Source: Candidatus Woesearchaeota archaeon (GTDB taxonomy: Archaea; Nanobdellota; Nanobdellia; Woesearchaeales; SM23-78). Taken from it: a DNA stretch of 46,563 bases. Below, piece by piece: positions 10,186 to 19,134 of the stretch; position 1 is the stretch's first letter; every line of letters starts with the position of its first letter. The stretch lies in contig JAFGRK010000002.1 of NCBI GenBank assembly GCA_016935175.1, positions 1-46,563 on the forward strand, in the 5' to 3' direction. Both the position numbers and the translations under genes were made by a program. The notes under the pieces were generated by a model. The model did no database searches. It was not told where the DNA came from and saw nothing but the letters and a program-made list of their open reading frames with translations.

Positions 10186-10213
10186 GCCTTGTGTTTCTAT
10201 GGCTTTTGAGAGC

Positions 10214-12949
10214 CTATGACTTTACCACGAACTTGCTTAGCTCCATAAGCACAAATCCAGTGCTGGCCATGCCAAGTATCAGCACCCAGTCAAGCAATAG
10301 CAAGGGCACTGTCCCGAATATAGCCTGGAAAGGCTTAAGGTAAATCACTATGAGCTGGATGGCTATTGACAATGACACTCCCCCTAGCAGCCATGGGTTG
10401 GAGAAAGGGTTGAGGTGCTTGATGGAGTGGTGAAGGGTCCTGCTGCTCATCACAGCAAACATCTGGAACATCACCAGCGTGGTGAAAGCCACTGTCTGGG
10501 CTTTGGCTAAATCAGTGCTCCTGTACATGTTGAACAACAGCAGAGTGCCTAATCCCATTATCAGGCCAAAAAAGATTATGGACATGAAGAGCTGCTTGGT
10601 TATAGGGTTTTCTTTGGGGTTCCTGGGCTTTCTTTTCATGATGTTCTCCTCGCTTGACTCAAAGCCCAGCCCTAGCGCAGGGAAATTATCAGTGAGCAGG
10701 TTCATCATCAATATCTGGAGGGGCAGCATAGGCAATGGAAGCCCTATCATTATAGCGACAAACACAGAGGTTATCTCCCCTGAGTTGCATGACAGGAAGA
10801 ACTTCACTGACTTTATCATCTTGTCATAGATGTTTCTCCCTTCCTCTATGGCGTTGACTATGCTGGCAAAATTATCATCCTCAAGAACTGCCTTGGAAAC
10901 TTCCTTGGCAACATCTGTGCCTGTGATGCCCATGGCTATGCCTATGTCTGCCTTTTTCAAAGCAGGAGCGTCATTAACCCCGTCTCCAGTCATGGCAACC
11001 ACATGCCCTTTCTTTTGCAGGGCTTCCACAATCCTGAGCTTCTGTATCGGCATAGCCCTGGCTATTATCCTTATGCCCTCGACTTTCTCCTGGAGCTCAT
11101 CATCGCTCATGTTCTCGACTTCATCACCTGTGAGGACTATGTCTCCCTCGCTGAAAAGCCCTATCTGCTGGGCAACAGCCTTGGTGGTTATGGGGTGGTC
11201 TCCTGTTATCACCATCACCTTGATGCCTGCTTCATAGCAGCGCGCAATAGCATCCTTGACTTCATCCCTTGGAGGGTCAATCATGCCTACTAATCCTACG
11301 AAAACAAGGTCTTTCTCAATGTTTGCAATAGTGCACTTGCCAGGCTTGATACCCTTAGGCACTTTCCTGTAAGCCAAAGCCAGCACTCTCAAGGCTTGGG
11401 CTGCAAAAGAATTATTCATGCTCATGATGAGCTGGCGGTCTTTCTTGGTCAAAGCCCTTACCTTGCCCTTGTCAAGGATTGACTTGCAGGCTTTCAGCAA
11501 GAGGTCAGGCGCTCCCTTGACATAAGCTTCCCTTTGCTTTGTACCCTTATCAAAGTATACTGTGCTCATCCTTTTCCTGTCAGAGTCAAAAGGCAATTCA
11601 CATTCTTGCGAGCAAGAGCTGAGCAGCTCCTCTTCCTTTAACCCTCCTTTTTCACCTAGAACGACCAGCGAGCCTTCAGTCGGGTCCCCTATGATTTCAA
11701 AATTTCCGTCTTTCTTTACCAGCTTGGCATTGTTGCACAAGTAGCCTATGCGCAATAGGAGGCTCAGTTGCTTAGGGTAAATCTTATCATTGTTGCCCTG
11801 ATCCTCATTATTACCCTGCTTACCATTCTTGCCCTTCTTATTTCTCTCCTTATAGAATTCACCTACAGGAGTATAGCCAGAGCCAGTGACGCTGATGATG
11901 GAATTATTAGTGAATATCCTGGTGACTGTCATCTGGTTCTTGGTCAAGGTCCCTGTCTTGTCAGTGCAGATGAAAGTGGCAGCCCCAAGGCTTTCAGCGG
12001 CAGGCAGCTTCTTAACCAGCATGTTTTTCTTGGCCAGCCTGTTGGCGCCCATGGAAAGGCTTACAGTCACTACTAATGGCAGGGAGTTAGGGATGGTCGA
12101 AACAGTGAGAGCAAGGGCGAATAAGAGCATCTTCTCAACTGACAATATTCCCTGGATGAAGCCAGTGATGAACACTGCAGCCACCAGGAAGACTACTACT
12201 ATGCCTATCTGCTTTGCAAGCTTGGTGAACTTCTCCTGCAAAGGAGTCTTAACTTCAGAAGTTTCATGTAAAGAGGCAGCTATCTTGCCGAATTCAGTGC
12301 TAAGGCCTGTGCTTATCACCACGCACTTGCCCTTGCCATAAGTCACTGCTGTGCCTGCAAAAGCCATGTTCTCCTGGTCTGCGACAGAGACTGGCTTGCA
12401 GTAAGCCTCAACAACTTTTTTAGAAGGCAAAGACTCTCCTGTGAGCGAAGCCTCGTTTATCTCCAGGCTTGAGACTTCAATGATTCTCATGTCAGCAGGC
12501 ACATTATCCCCTGCCTCTATGATTACAATATCCCCTGGGACCAATTCCTTTGCAAGCACTACTTGTTCCTTGCCGTCACGTATGACTTTTGCATGGGGCG
12601 TTGAGAGCTTTTCTAAAGCCTCCATTGCCTTCTCAGCCCTGTACTCCTGGACGAACCCCAGTATTGCGTTGAGCAATAGGATTCCGAAGATGGCAATAGC
12701 CTCAACCCTTTCTCCCAGCACCAATGATATCATACCTGCTACGAACAGCAAGATTATCATAGTATCCTTGAACTGGTTAAGGAAAAGGATTACTGCAGTC
12801 AGCTTCTTAGACTTAGGAAGCTCGTTCTTGCCGTACTTTTCAAGCCTTGACTGGGCTTCAGGGGAGCTCAGGCCATTGGAAGCAGAGCTAGACAAGCCTT
12901 TTATAACCTCATCAGGAGAAATGCAATGATAGTTTTCCATGGCTACCAA
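10214..12949 (-). CDS. P-type cation-transporting ATPase, P2-type (SERCA/PMCA-like)
   Basis: 911 aa. Phosphorylation site CTDKTGTLT, hinge MTGDGVNDAPALKKADIGIAMG, and a TM6 NLLTDNFPALGLGFE motif are present. The TM4 motif is IPNSLP rather than canonical IPEGLP. A Lys/Asn/Gly-rich low-complexity insert lies in the cytoplasmic domain. Confidence 0.9.
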   Translation of the reverse strand: MVAMENYHCISPDEVIKGLSSSASNGLSSPEAQSRLEKYGKNELPKSKKLTAVILFLNQFKDTMIILLFVAGMISLVLGERVEAIAIFGILLLNAILGFVQEYRAEKAMEALEKLSTPHAKVIRDGKEQVVLAKELVPGDIVIIEAGDNVPADMRIIEVSSLEINEASLTGESLPSKKVVEAYCKPVSVADQENMAFAGTAVTYGKGKCVVISTGLSTEFGKIAASLHETSEVKTPLQEKFTKLAKQIGIVVVFLVAAVFITGFIQGILSVEKMLLFALALTVSTIPNSLPLVVTVSLSMGANRLAKKNMLVKKLPAAESLGAATFICTDKTGTLTKNQMTVTRIFTNNSIISVTGSGYTPVGEFYKERNKKGKNGKQGNNEDQGNNDKIYPKQLSLLLRIGYLCNNAKLVKKDGNFEIIGDPTEGSLVVLGEKGGLKEEELLSSCSQECELPFDSDRKRMSTVYFDKGTKQREAYVKGAPDLLLKACKSILDKGKVRALTKKDRQLIMSMNNSFAAQALRVLALAYRKVPKGIKPGKCTIANIEKDLVFVGLVGMIDPPRDEVKDAIARCYEAGIKVMVITGDHPITTKAVAQQIGLFSEGDIVLTGDEVENMSDDELQEKVEGIRIIARAMPIQKLRIVEALQKKGHVVAMTGDGVNDAPALKKADIGIAMGITGTDVAKEVSKAVLEDDNFASIVNAIEEGRNIYDKMIKSVKFFLSCNSGEITSVFVAIMIGLPLPMLPLQILMMNLLTDNFPALGLGFESSEENIMKRKPRNPKENPITKQLFMSIIFFGLIMGLGTLLLFNMYRSTDLAKAQTVAFTTLVMFQMFAVMSSRTLHHSIKHLNPFSNPWLLGGVSLSIAIQLIVIYLKPFQAIFGTVPLLLLDWVLILGMASTGFVLMELSKFVVKS

Positions 12950-13075
12950 TTCCCAACCTCTTCTTATAAATATCCTCTTTTTTGCCTGGCTCTTTTATAA
13001 CTCTTTCCTTATACTAAGGGTTTATTAATGTTTTGGAAAAATATGCATTCATTGAAAAAAGAAGTGACTGGATGC

Positions 13076-13699
13076 TCACTCTACCTTGCATTCCTCAAGC
13101 CAGGGTTCCTTGTAGATTTCTTTAACCATCCTGTTGATGCTGTCACGTGAGCCTTCAATAAGGTATTTGATGGTTACCTTGCTGTTCTTCTTCTCTATGT
13201 GCACGCTTATCATCTTGTGGCTCTGGGTGTGGATGGCAAAAATGCTCTTGAGCTCCTTTTCCCCTATTACTTTGTTGGCTACCAGGGTCATCCTTCGCTG
13301 GTAAGAGCCTACCCCTGTCTTTTCCAGGCGCGCATCAAAGATGAGAATCGACCATATTAGCAGGTAGATTATTGCTGCAAGGAAGTATTCTCCCACGCCA
13401 ATAATCAGTCCTAGGCTTGCAAACAGCCAGATGCTTGCTGCGCTCACAGCGCCCATAAGCTTTTCTCCAGTCTTAATCAAGGCCCCTGCGCCTAGGAAAC
13501 CTATGCCTGTGATGATGGCTGCCATGAGATGGGGTGATTCCATGTCTGAAGCAACAATTGCCAGGCCGCATGCTCCTATAGCCACGAAGGTATACGTGCC
13601 AAATCCTAAGGGCTTATGCGCTTTCTGCCTTTGCATGCCAAAAGCAAATGACAGCGCAAAGGTTATTAGGATTTTCAGCAATACTACCAAAGCATTCAT
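13076..13699 (-). CDS. mgtC: MgtC/SapB-family membrane protein
   Basis: 207 aa. It has the MgtC N-terminal membrane domain (LKILITFALSFAFGMQRQ...) and a C-terminal soluble domain. It lies directly upstream of, and co-directional with, the P-type ATPase. Confidence 0.8.
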   Translation of the reverse strand: MNALVVLLKILITFALSFAFGMQRQKAHKPLGFGTYTFVAIGACGLAIVASDMESPHLMAAIITGIGFLGAGALIKTGEKLMGAVSAASIWLFASLGLIIGVGEYFLAAIIYLLIWSILIFDARLEKTGVGSYQRRMTLVANKVIGEKELKSIFAIHTQSHKMISVHIEKKNSKVTIKYLIEGSRDSINRMVKEIYKEPWLEECKVE

Positions 13700-13835
13700 G
13701 GGCTTGGCTATCTGTTTCCCTATATATATAGTTTTCGCACAAGCCTTTTGATAGCCTTGAGGCCATTAAGGTGAATATGCAGCATTCGCAAGCTATGCTT
13801 GCCCAGTCCCATGGTGTAAATCCTTCACTAAAAAC

Positions 13836-14013
13836 GGGTGCGTCCAGAATCTCCTACTCGCCAGTCCAAAACGCCACACTGAAGTGTGGCAACTTGTCCT
13901 GTCTCGCCTGGCCTGCCTTCATTATCATTCAGGCAATGAAGGCACAGACGTGTGTTAACTTGTTAACACGCTTAGAGGACAGCAGTCCTCTTACGCAGAT
14001 TCTGGACGCATCC
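13836..14013. mobile_element. MITE-like non-autonomous element: imperfect terminal inverted repeats plus 10-bp target-site duplication
   Basis: Left TIR is GGGTGCGTCCAGAATCTCC (13836-13854) and right TIR is GCAGATTCTGGACGCATCC (13995-14013), with 14 contiguous perfectly complementary bp. It is flanked by a direct repeat CACTAAAAAC at 13826-13835 and 14014-14023. It has no coding capacity. Confidence 0.55.
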
Positions 14014-14086
14014 ACTAAAAACAGTTACGTTTATATAGTCTAAGTGCCAATAATATATCATCAAAAGTAAAAAAGAGGGTTTTTGG

Positions 14087-16360
14087 GTGAATAATAAAGC
14101 CTCTGCCTTAGGGCTAGCCATAGTATTCTTCTTTTTTCTAGAGCTAACACTAGCATTTGCAGCCTGCACCACTGAAAATACCCCTCGAATTATATCTGCT
14201 GATTATTTTGAGCTGTATGAAGGCTTAACGTTTGTGAACGACTTTAATGTCAGCAACATGCTAGAGGAGAGCATCAATTATGCTTATGCATCAGTGGACC
14301 CTGGGTTGTCAGGCATAAGCATAGATAAACAAGGGGTGCTGAAGTTTACCCCTGCAGATTCTGAGACTGGCTTGCACAGGGTTGCTGTATTGGCTGTGAA
14401 GGATGATTGCTCAGACACCAGGATCATAACTTTCAGGATTTTTGACAGGCCTGACATAACCTCCTTTGACCCTGCTGATTCCTTTGTCCAGATAAGCCAG
14501 GCAGAGACCCTCCTGTTCAGGATAAGCGCAGTGGATAGGGATGAGAACGAAAGCCTGTCTTACCTATGGTTTGTCGGCTCAAAGCTCATCAATGATTCAA
14601 TTAATAAGACTACCATATTCTTCAATCCTGGATTTGATATATCAGGGACCCAGGAGCTAAGCGTGAATGTGACTGATTCCAAGGGCCTTATGAGAAAGAA
14701 GTCATGGAGCTTGCAAGTGTCCAAGGTCAACAGGCCCCCTGTGCTGATGTTCAACATCCCTAACTTCATGATTTTCTGGAATACTGCGTCAGGAGCCTAT
14801 AACCTGGCTGATTATTTCAAGGACCCAGAAGGAGGGTTGCTTAATTACTCCCATCGCCAAGTTATCCCTCAGTTTGAGGTCAAGGGATTGGCTTATGCCA
14901 ACGTCACTGTGAAGATAGACGGCACAAGCTTTGTCACTTATGACCCTATAATTAACACCAGCGGCTATACTTATTTTGTCTTCACAGCAACTGACATGCT
15001 AGGGTTAAGCACTGACAGCAACATTGTAAAGGTGGAAGTGGTTGGCAGCGACGATTTCCAGGACCTTGAAAGCGCTTCGCAAAAGGATTATTGCGGAGAC
15101 AAGATATGCAGCGTGCTTGAGGATTGCAAGAGCTGCCCTTATGATTGCGGTGAGTGCGAAGGGGAGCAGGAGACTGGCTGCAAGCCTGATTGGAACTGCA
15201 CAGAATGGGGTCCTTGCCAGCCTGCAGGCTTCCAGGTTAGGAATTGCACTGACAACAATGAGTGCGAGGATAACAGGAGCAAGCCTGATGAGATTAAGAG
15301 ATGCATCTATAATGCTACTTGCGATGATGGCTTGAAGAATGGGATTGAGGAAGGTGTTGATTGTGGCGGCCCATGCGGCCCTTGCCCTACCTGCCTTGAC
15401 GGGATTCAGAACCAGGGCGAGGAAGGTGTTGATTGCGGAGGGCCTTGCAGTGATGCATGCCCTTCATGCAATGACACCATCCTGAACCAGAACGAGTCTG
15501 ATGTTGATTGCGGGGGCTCTTGCCCTGGTTGCGCAGGAGGCAAGCTATGCCTGGGCTCCCATGATTGCGAAAGCCTGAAGTGCATCTCAGGATTATGCAC
15601 TTACCCTAGCTGCGATGACGAGGTAAAGAACCAGGGTGAGGAAGGCATTGATTGCGGAGGCCCTTGCACTAAGCTTTGCGGCAACTGTTCAGATGGGATG
15701 CAGAACCGTGGTGAGGAAGGTGTTGATTGTGGAGGAAGATGCCCTCCGTGCCCAAGATGTGATGATGGCATACTAAATGATAATGAGACTATGGTTGACT
15801 GCGGCGGCGTATGCAGGGAATGCGGCTTTGCTGACTATTTCAACAAGTACCGATTGCTGTTCATAGCTATTTTTGTAATATTAGGATTCATACCTTTGCT
15901 GCTGGTGACTTACTTCTTCTTCCTCCTGGCAAGCCTTGACAGGGCAAGAAAGCTTTATGAGAACAACACCGCCTTTGCATTCATCGTAGGCACTAACAGG
16001 TTCTTGCGCAAATTCAGGAGGATGAGAGGCAAAGGCCCTGCCTTGAATGAGTCTGCCATAAACACCTTCATAGGGGAGCTTATGTCCATGGCCAAGAGGC
16101 CTGACTTGACCAGTAAGCAGCTATATGACGAGATAGCCAAGATTTATTCTGCAGTGCTAGGCTTGTCAGAGGATTCTGACCAGCACTCATTCCAAGCCAA
16201 GATAAGAGGCTCAAGCCTACCCTTGTTACTGAAAGTCCTGTACGCAGGCTATTACAAGAAGGCAGATATACTAGCCATGGCTACTTATGTAGCCCCAGAG
16301 CAGAGAATTGACATGATAATGGAATTGCAGTTCCTGCTAAGCGAGGCTGCGAAGGGCTAG
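14087..16360 (+). CDS. Large secreted/membrane-anchored surface protein with Ig/cadherin-like N-terminal region and 6 tandem Cys-rich repeats; C-terminal TM anchor
   Basis: 757 aa with a GTG start. It has a signal peptide (ALGLAIVFFFFLELTLAFAAC), a repeat core C-x-D-G-x-x-N-x-x-EEGVDCGG-x-C-x-x-C occurring six times, and a TM helix (LLFIAIFVILGFIPLLLVTYFFFLL) followed by a cytoplasmic tail. Confidence 0.75.
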   Translation: MNNKASALGLAIVFFFFLELTLAFAACTTENTPRIISADYFELYEGLTFVNDFNVSNMLEESINYAYASVDPGLSGISIDKQGVLKFTPADSETGLHRVAVLAVKDDCSDTRIITFRIFDRPDITSFDPADSFVQISQAETLLFRISAVDRDENESLSYLWFVGSKLINDSINKTTIFFNPGFDISGTQELSVNVTDSKGLMRKKSWSLQVSKVNRPPVLMFNIPNFMIFWNTASGAYNLADYFKDPEGGLLNYSHRQVIPQFEVKGLAYANVTVKIDGTSFVTYDPIINTSGYTYFVFTATDMLGLSTDSNIVKVEVVGSDDFQDLESASQKDYCGDKICSVLEDCKSCPYDCGECEGEQETGCKPDWNCTEWGPCQPAGFQVRNCTDNNECEDNRSKPDEIKRCIYNATCDDGLKNGIEEGVDCGGPCGPCPTCLDGIQNQGEEGVDCGGPCSDACPSCNDTILNQNESDVDCGGSCPGCAGGKLCLGSHDCESLKCISGLCTYPSCDDEVKNQGEEGIDCGGPCTKLCGNCSDGMQNRGEEGVDCGGRCPPCPRCDDGILNDNETMVDCGGVCRECGFADYFNKYRLLFIAIFVILGFIPLLLVTYFFFLLASLDRARKLYENNTAFAFIVGTNRFLRKFRRMRGKGPALNESAINTFIGELMSMAKRPDLTSKQLYDEIAKIYSAVLGLSEDSDQHSFQAKIRGSSLPLLLKVLYAGYYKKADILAMATYVAPEQRIDMIMELQFLLSEAAKG

Positions 16361-16397
16361 AAATTGAAAATAACAAGAAAAAATAATTTTATATCTA

Positions 16398-16841
16398 TTA
16401 TTCCTGCCTAACAACATTCTCATGATACATGTTCAGTATTTTTGAATAAAAGTCTCTTTGCTCAGGAGTCATTGGAGTTATGTTGTTTAACACAATAGGG
16501 TTTTTCGCATCTGGCGCAACATAGTGCTTGACTCTGTGAACAGGTATGAACATCATGTCTCGCACTAAGTTAGGAAGCAACCCGGGATCTCCTTCATAGA
16601 TGAATGCTTCGTCTGCTGTCACTTTTCCGTTTGCATCATGCTTTCCATCCAGGTCAAGTATTCTTACCATTAAACCTGGCTTGTAAGGGTCTTCTTTGCT
16701 GTATGTATGAATGACTGCTTCCTGCTGGTAATTAACTTCTCCTAATTTTGCATGTTCTACTTTTGGCCCGCATGCAGAAAACGCAAGCAATCCTGCCAAT
16801 CCCATCGCCATTATCTTTTTTGGTAGTTTCATATTAAACAC
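16398..16841 (-). CDS. Secreted lipoprotein, hypothetical
   Basis: 147 aa with a signal peptide and lipobox-like LAFSAC. A strong SD (AAAGGAGGTG) lies upstream. Confidence 0.6.
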   Translation of the reverse strand: MFNMKLPKKIMAMGLAGLLAFSACGPKVEHAKLGEVNYQQEAVIHTYSKEDPYKPGLMVRILDLDGKHDANGKVTADEAFIYEGDPGLLPNLVRDMMFIPVHRVKHYVAPDAKNPIVLNNITPMTPEQRDFYSKILNMYHENVVRQE

Positions 16842-16920
16842 CTCCTTTTATGTAACTACTATACAGTAGGATTAGTATATAAACTTTTGTCATACTAAAA
16901 TATGATGACAAAAACAAACA

Positions 16921-16929
16921 TTTAAATAT
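16921..16929 (+). promoter_or_regulatory. Archaeal TATA box (TTTAAATAT) 22-30 bp upstream of the TrmB-family gene start
   Basis: The identical 9-mer recurs upstream of the next gene (17706-17714). The spacing suggests leaderless or short-leader transcripts. Confidence 0.5.
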
Positions 16930-16950
16930 CACGGGATTAACTGCTATCCT

Positions 16951-17703
16951 ATGGATGAGATAGACCTTGAGAAGCTGGGACTAAATAGGAACGAGGCAAG
17001 AGTCTACTATGCACTAATACAGAAGAAGGAAGCGACAGCAGCAGAAATTATCAAGATAACAGGGGCGCACAGGGGAATAGTGTATGATAACCTTGAGCGC
17101 TTAATAGAGAAGGGGCTTGTGTCTTTTGTGATGAAAGAAGGAAAGAAGTATTTTGTGGCAGAAGAGCCAGAAGCCATCATTGACTTCCTTGACTTAAAAA
17201 AGCAAGCAATAGATTCGGAGATAAAAAATGCCCGCAAGCTTATGCCAGAGATATCCAAGTACCTAAAAGCGCAGGCAGAGGAGAAGTCAGACACACGAGT
17301 GTTTCGCGGCGCAAAGGGGGTGAAAAAGGTCCTTGCTGAAATACTGACTGCTAAAGAAAGCTGGTGTATTGGCATGACAAACGAATCTGTTAATGTCCTG
17401 AGCACGAATTACTGGGAGAACTACAATGCTAAAGTAAATGATTTGAAGATAAAGGAGCATTTCCTGCTTAACGCTGACTACAAGGATACCTATTTTTTTG
17501 ACAAGATAAAGACAGTTGACTACAGAAGGCTTCCTCCTGAGCTTAACCAAATGACAGAGATAGTGCTTTACAATAACAGCATAGCAATTTTCATATTCAC
17601 AAGAATTCCAACCGTGGTTGTCATTGATGACAAGAACCTGTTCCAAACCTTCAAGCAGCAGTTTGACTTATTCTGGAAGATGTCCAAGCCTGGCAAAGGT
17701 TAA
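16951..17703 (+). CDS. TrmB-family transcriptional regulator
   Basis: 250 aa with an N-terminal wHTH (LNRNEARVYYALIQKKEATAAEIIKITGAHRGIVYDNLERLIEKGLV) and a C-terminal sensor-like domain. Confidence 0.8.
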   Translation: MDEIDLEKLGLNRNEARVYYALIQKKEATAAEIIKITGAHRGIVYDNLERLIEKGLVSFVMKEGKKYFVAEEPEAIIDFLDLKKQAIDSEIKNARKLMPEISKYLKAQAEEKSDTRVFRGAKGVKKVLAEILTAKESWCIGMTNESVNVLSTNYWENYNAKVNDLKIKEHFLLNADYKDTYFFDKIKTVDYRRLPPELNQMTEIVLYNNSIAIFIFTRIPTVVVIDDKNLFQTFKQQFDLFWKMSKPGKG

Positions 17704-17705
17704 GA

Positions 17706-17714
17706 TTTAAATAT
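17706..17714 (+). promoter_or_regulatory. Archaeal TATA box (TTTAAATAT) upstream of the PHP-domain nuclease gene
   Basis: It is the same 9-mer as at 16921 and sits about 25-33 bp upstream of the ATG at 17739. Confidence 0.5.
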
Positions 17715-17738
17715 CCGATTTGATTTTGCATAATAATC

Positions 17739-19091
17739 ATGAAAATAATTGCTGACCTGCACATCCACTCAAGGTATTCTAGAGCTTGCTCTTCTGACTT
17801 ATCAATCCCTAACCTTGAGAAATGGGCAAGAGTCAAGGGTTTAGGGCTTCTTGGCACTGGGGACTTCTCCCATCCAGAATGGCAGGAGGAGCTCAGGAAA
17901 TATCTTAAGGAGGATGGCTCAGGCATCTTGCGCACAGAATCAGGCTTTGCTTTTGTTTTGCAGAACGAAGTCTCGCTGATGTACAGCCAGGGTGGCAAGG
18001 GAAGAAGGATTCACCTGGTTCTTCTTGCTCCTAGCTTTGAAGTTGTCGATAAAATCACTTCCTATTTGAAATCCAAGGGAAGGGTTGATTATGATGGCAG
18101 GCCGATATTCAATATATCGTGCATTGAGTTTGCTGAGGCCATGCTCAAGATAAGCGACCAGATTGAGATTATCCCAGCTCATGCCTGGACCCCGTGGTTC
18201 GGCATCTTTGGCAGCAAGACAGGATTTGACAGCATAGAAGAGTCTTTTGGGCCTTTTGCAAAGAGCATCCATGCTATTGAGTCAGGATTGTCAAGTGACC
18301 CTGAGATGAATTGGCGATTGTCCAGGCTTGATAATTATAATATAGTTAGCTTTTCAGACAGCCACTCTTATTGGCCTTGGAGGATTGGGAGGGAAGCTAC
18401 TGTATTTGATTTCGAAGAGGAGGGATTCACCTACTCTAACCTTATCAAGGCCTTGCGCACAGGGGAAGGGTTGGTTGAGACTATCGAGGTTGACCCTGGC
18501 TATGGAAAGTATCACTATGACGGCCATAGGGATTGCAAGGTAAGCTTCAGCCCGGAAGAGACTAAAAAGCTAAAAGGAATGTGCCCTGTGTGCAAACGCC
18601 CATTGACTATTGGAGTGCTTAACCGTGTTGACAATCTTGCTGATAGGGAAGAAAAGGGAGTGCGGGAAGGATTTAGGCCTGCAAATGCCAAGCCTTTCAG
18701 GAGGATAATCCCTTTGCATGATATCATCGCCCTTGCATTGCAGAGCGGAGTTGCGACAAAAAAATCATGGGCTAAGTATTACGAGATAATGAAGATAGGC
18801 AAGGATGAGTTTGACATCTTGCTTGATATTCCTGAGGAGAAATTGCTTGAAGCTGCAGAAAGCGGCGTTGACAAGGAAATCGCTGGTTTAATCATTAAGA
18901 ACAGGCGCGGAGAGATAGCCATAAAGCCAGGCTATGACGGTGAGTACGGAGTGCCAATAATCGGCGGCAGGGAGATGAAGATGGAAAGCGGTGATGAGGA
19001 TAAGAGAGAAAAGCCAAAGAAAGAAAAGTCCAGGGAAGCAGAAGAAGCTCCTGAAAAAAAGAGTCAGACTGGCCTCGGAGCATATTTCTAG
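17739..19091 (+). CDS. PHP-domain protein, Endonuclease Q (EndoQ)-like, with Glu/Lys-rich C-terminal tail
   Basis: 450 aa. The N-terminal PHP motif ADLHIHSRYSRACS and a Zn-finger-like GHRDC...(17)...CPVCKRPLTIGVLNRVDNLADRE match my memory of the EndoQ architecture. Confidence 0.55.
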   Translation: MKIIADLHIHSRYSRACSSDLSIPNLEKWARVKGLGLLGTGDFSHPEWQEELRKYLKEDGSGILRTESGFAFVLQNEVSLMYSQGGKGRRIHLVLLAPSFEVVDKITSYLKSKGRVDYDGRPIFNISCIEFAEAMLKISDQIEIIPAHAWTPWFGIFGSKTGFDSIEESFGPFAKSIHAIESGLSSDPEMNWRLSRLDNYNIVSFSDSHSYWPWRIGREATVFDFEEEGFTYSNLIKALRTGEGLVETIEVDPGYGKYHYDGHRDCKVSFSPEETKKLKGMCPVCKRPLTIGVLNRVDNLADREEKGVREGFRPANAKPFRRIIPLHDIIALALQSGVATKKSWAKYYEIMKIGKDEFDILLDIPEEKLLEAAESGVDKEIAGLIIKNRRGEIAIKPGYDGEYGVPIIGGREMKMESGDEDKREKPKKEKSREAEEAPEKKSQTGLGAYF

Positions 19092-19100
19092 ATGGTTAGA

Positions 19101-19110
19101 TTTATAAATA
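19101..19110 (+). promoter_or_regulatory. Archaeal TATA box (TTTATAAATA) about 25 bp upstream of the SDR-fusion gene
   Basis: Position and AT-rich context are consistent with a TATA box. Confidence 0.45.
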
Positions 19111-19134
19111 ACGTTCTGTTACCATTATCTCGTT

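Noticed and set aside
10479-12929. Multiple 100-160-aa plus-strand ORFs inside the P-type ATPase gene
   Set aside because: They are shadows opposite a high-confidence 911-aa ATPase.
13771-14172. ORFs 13771..14043 (+) and 13972..14172 (-)
   Set aside because: They lie entirely within or across the MITE-like structured element. No RBS or promoter logic supports them, and their composition is biased.
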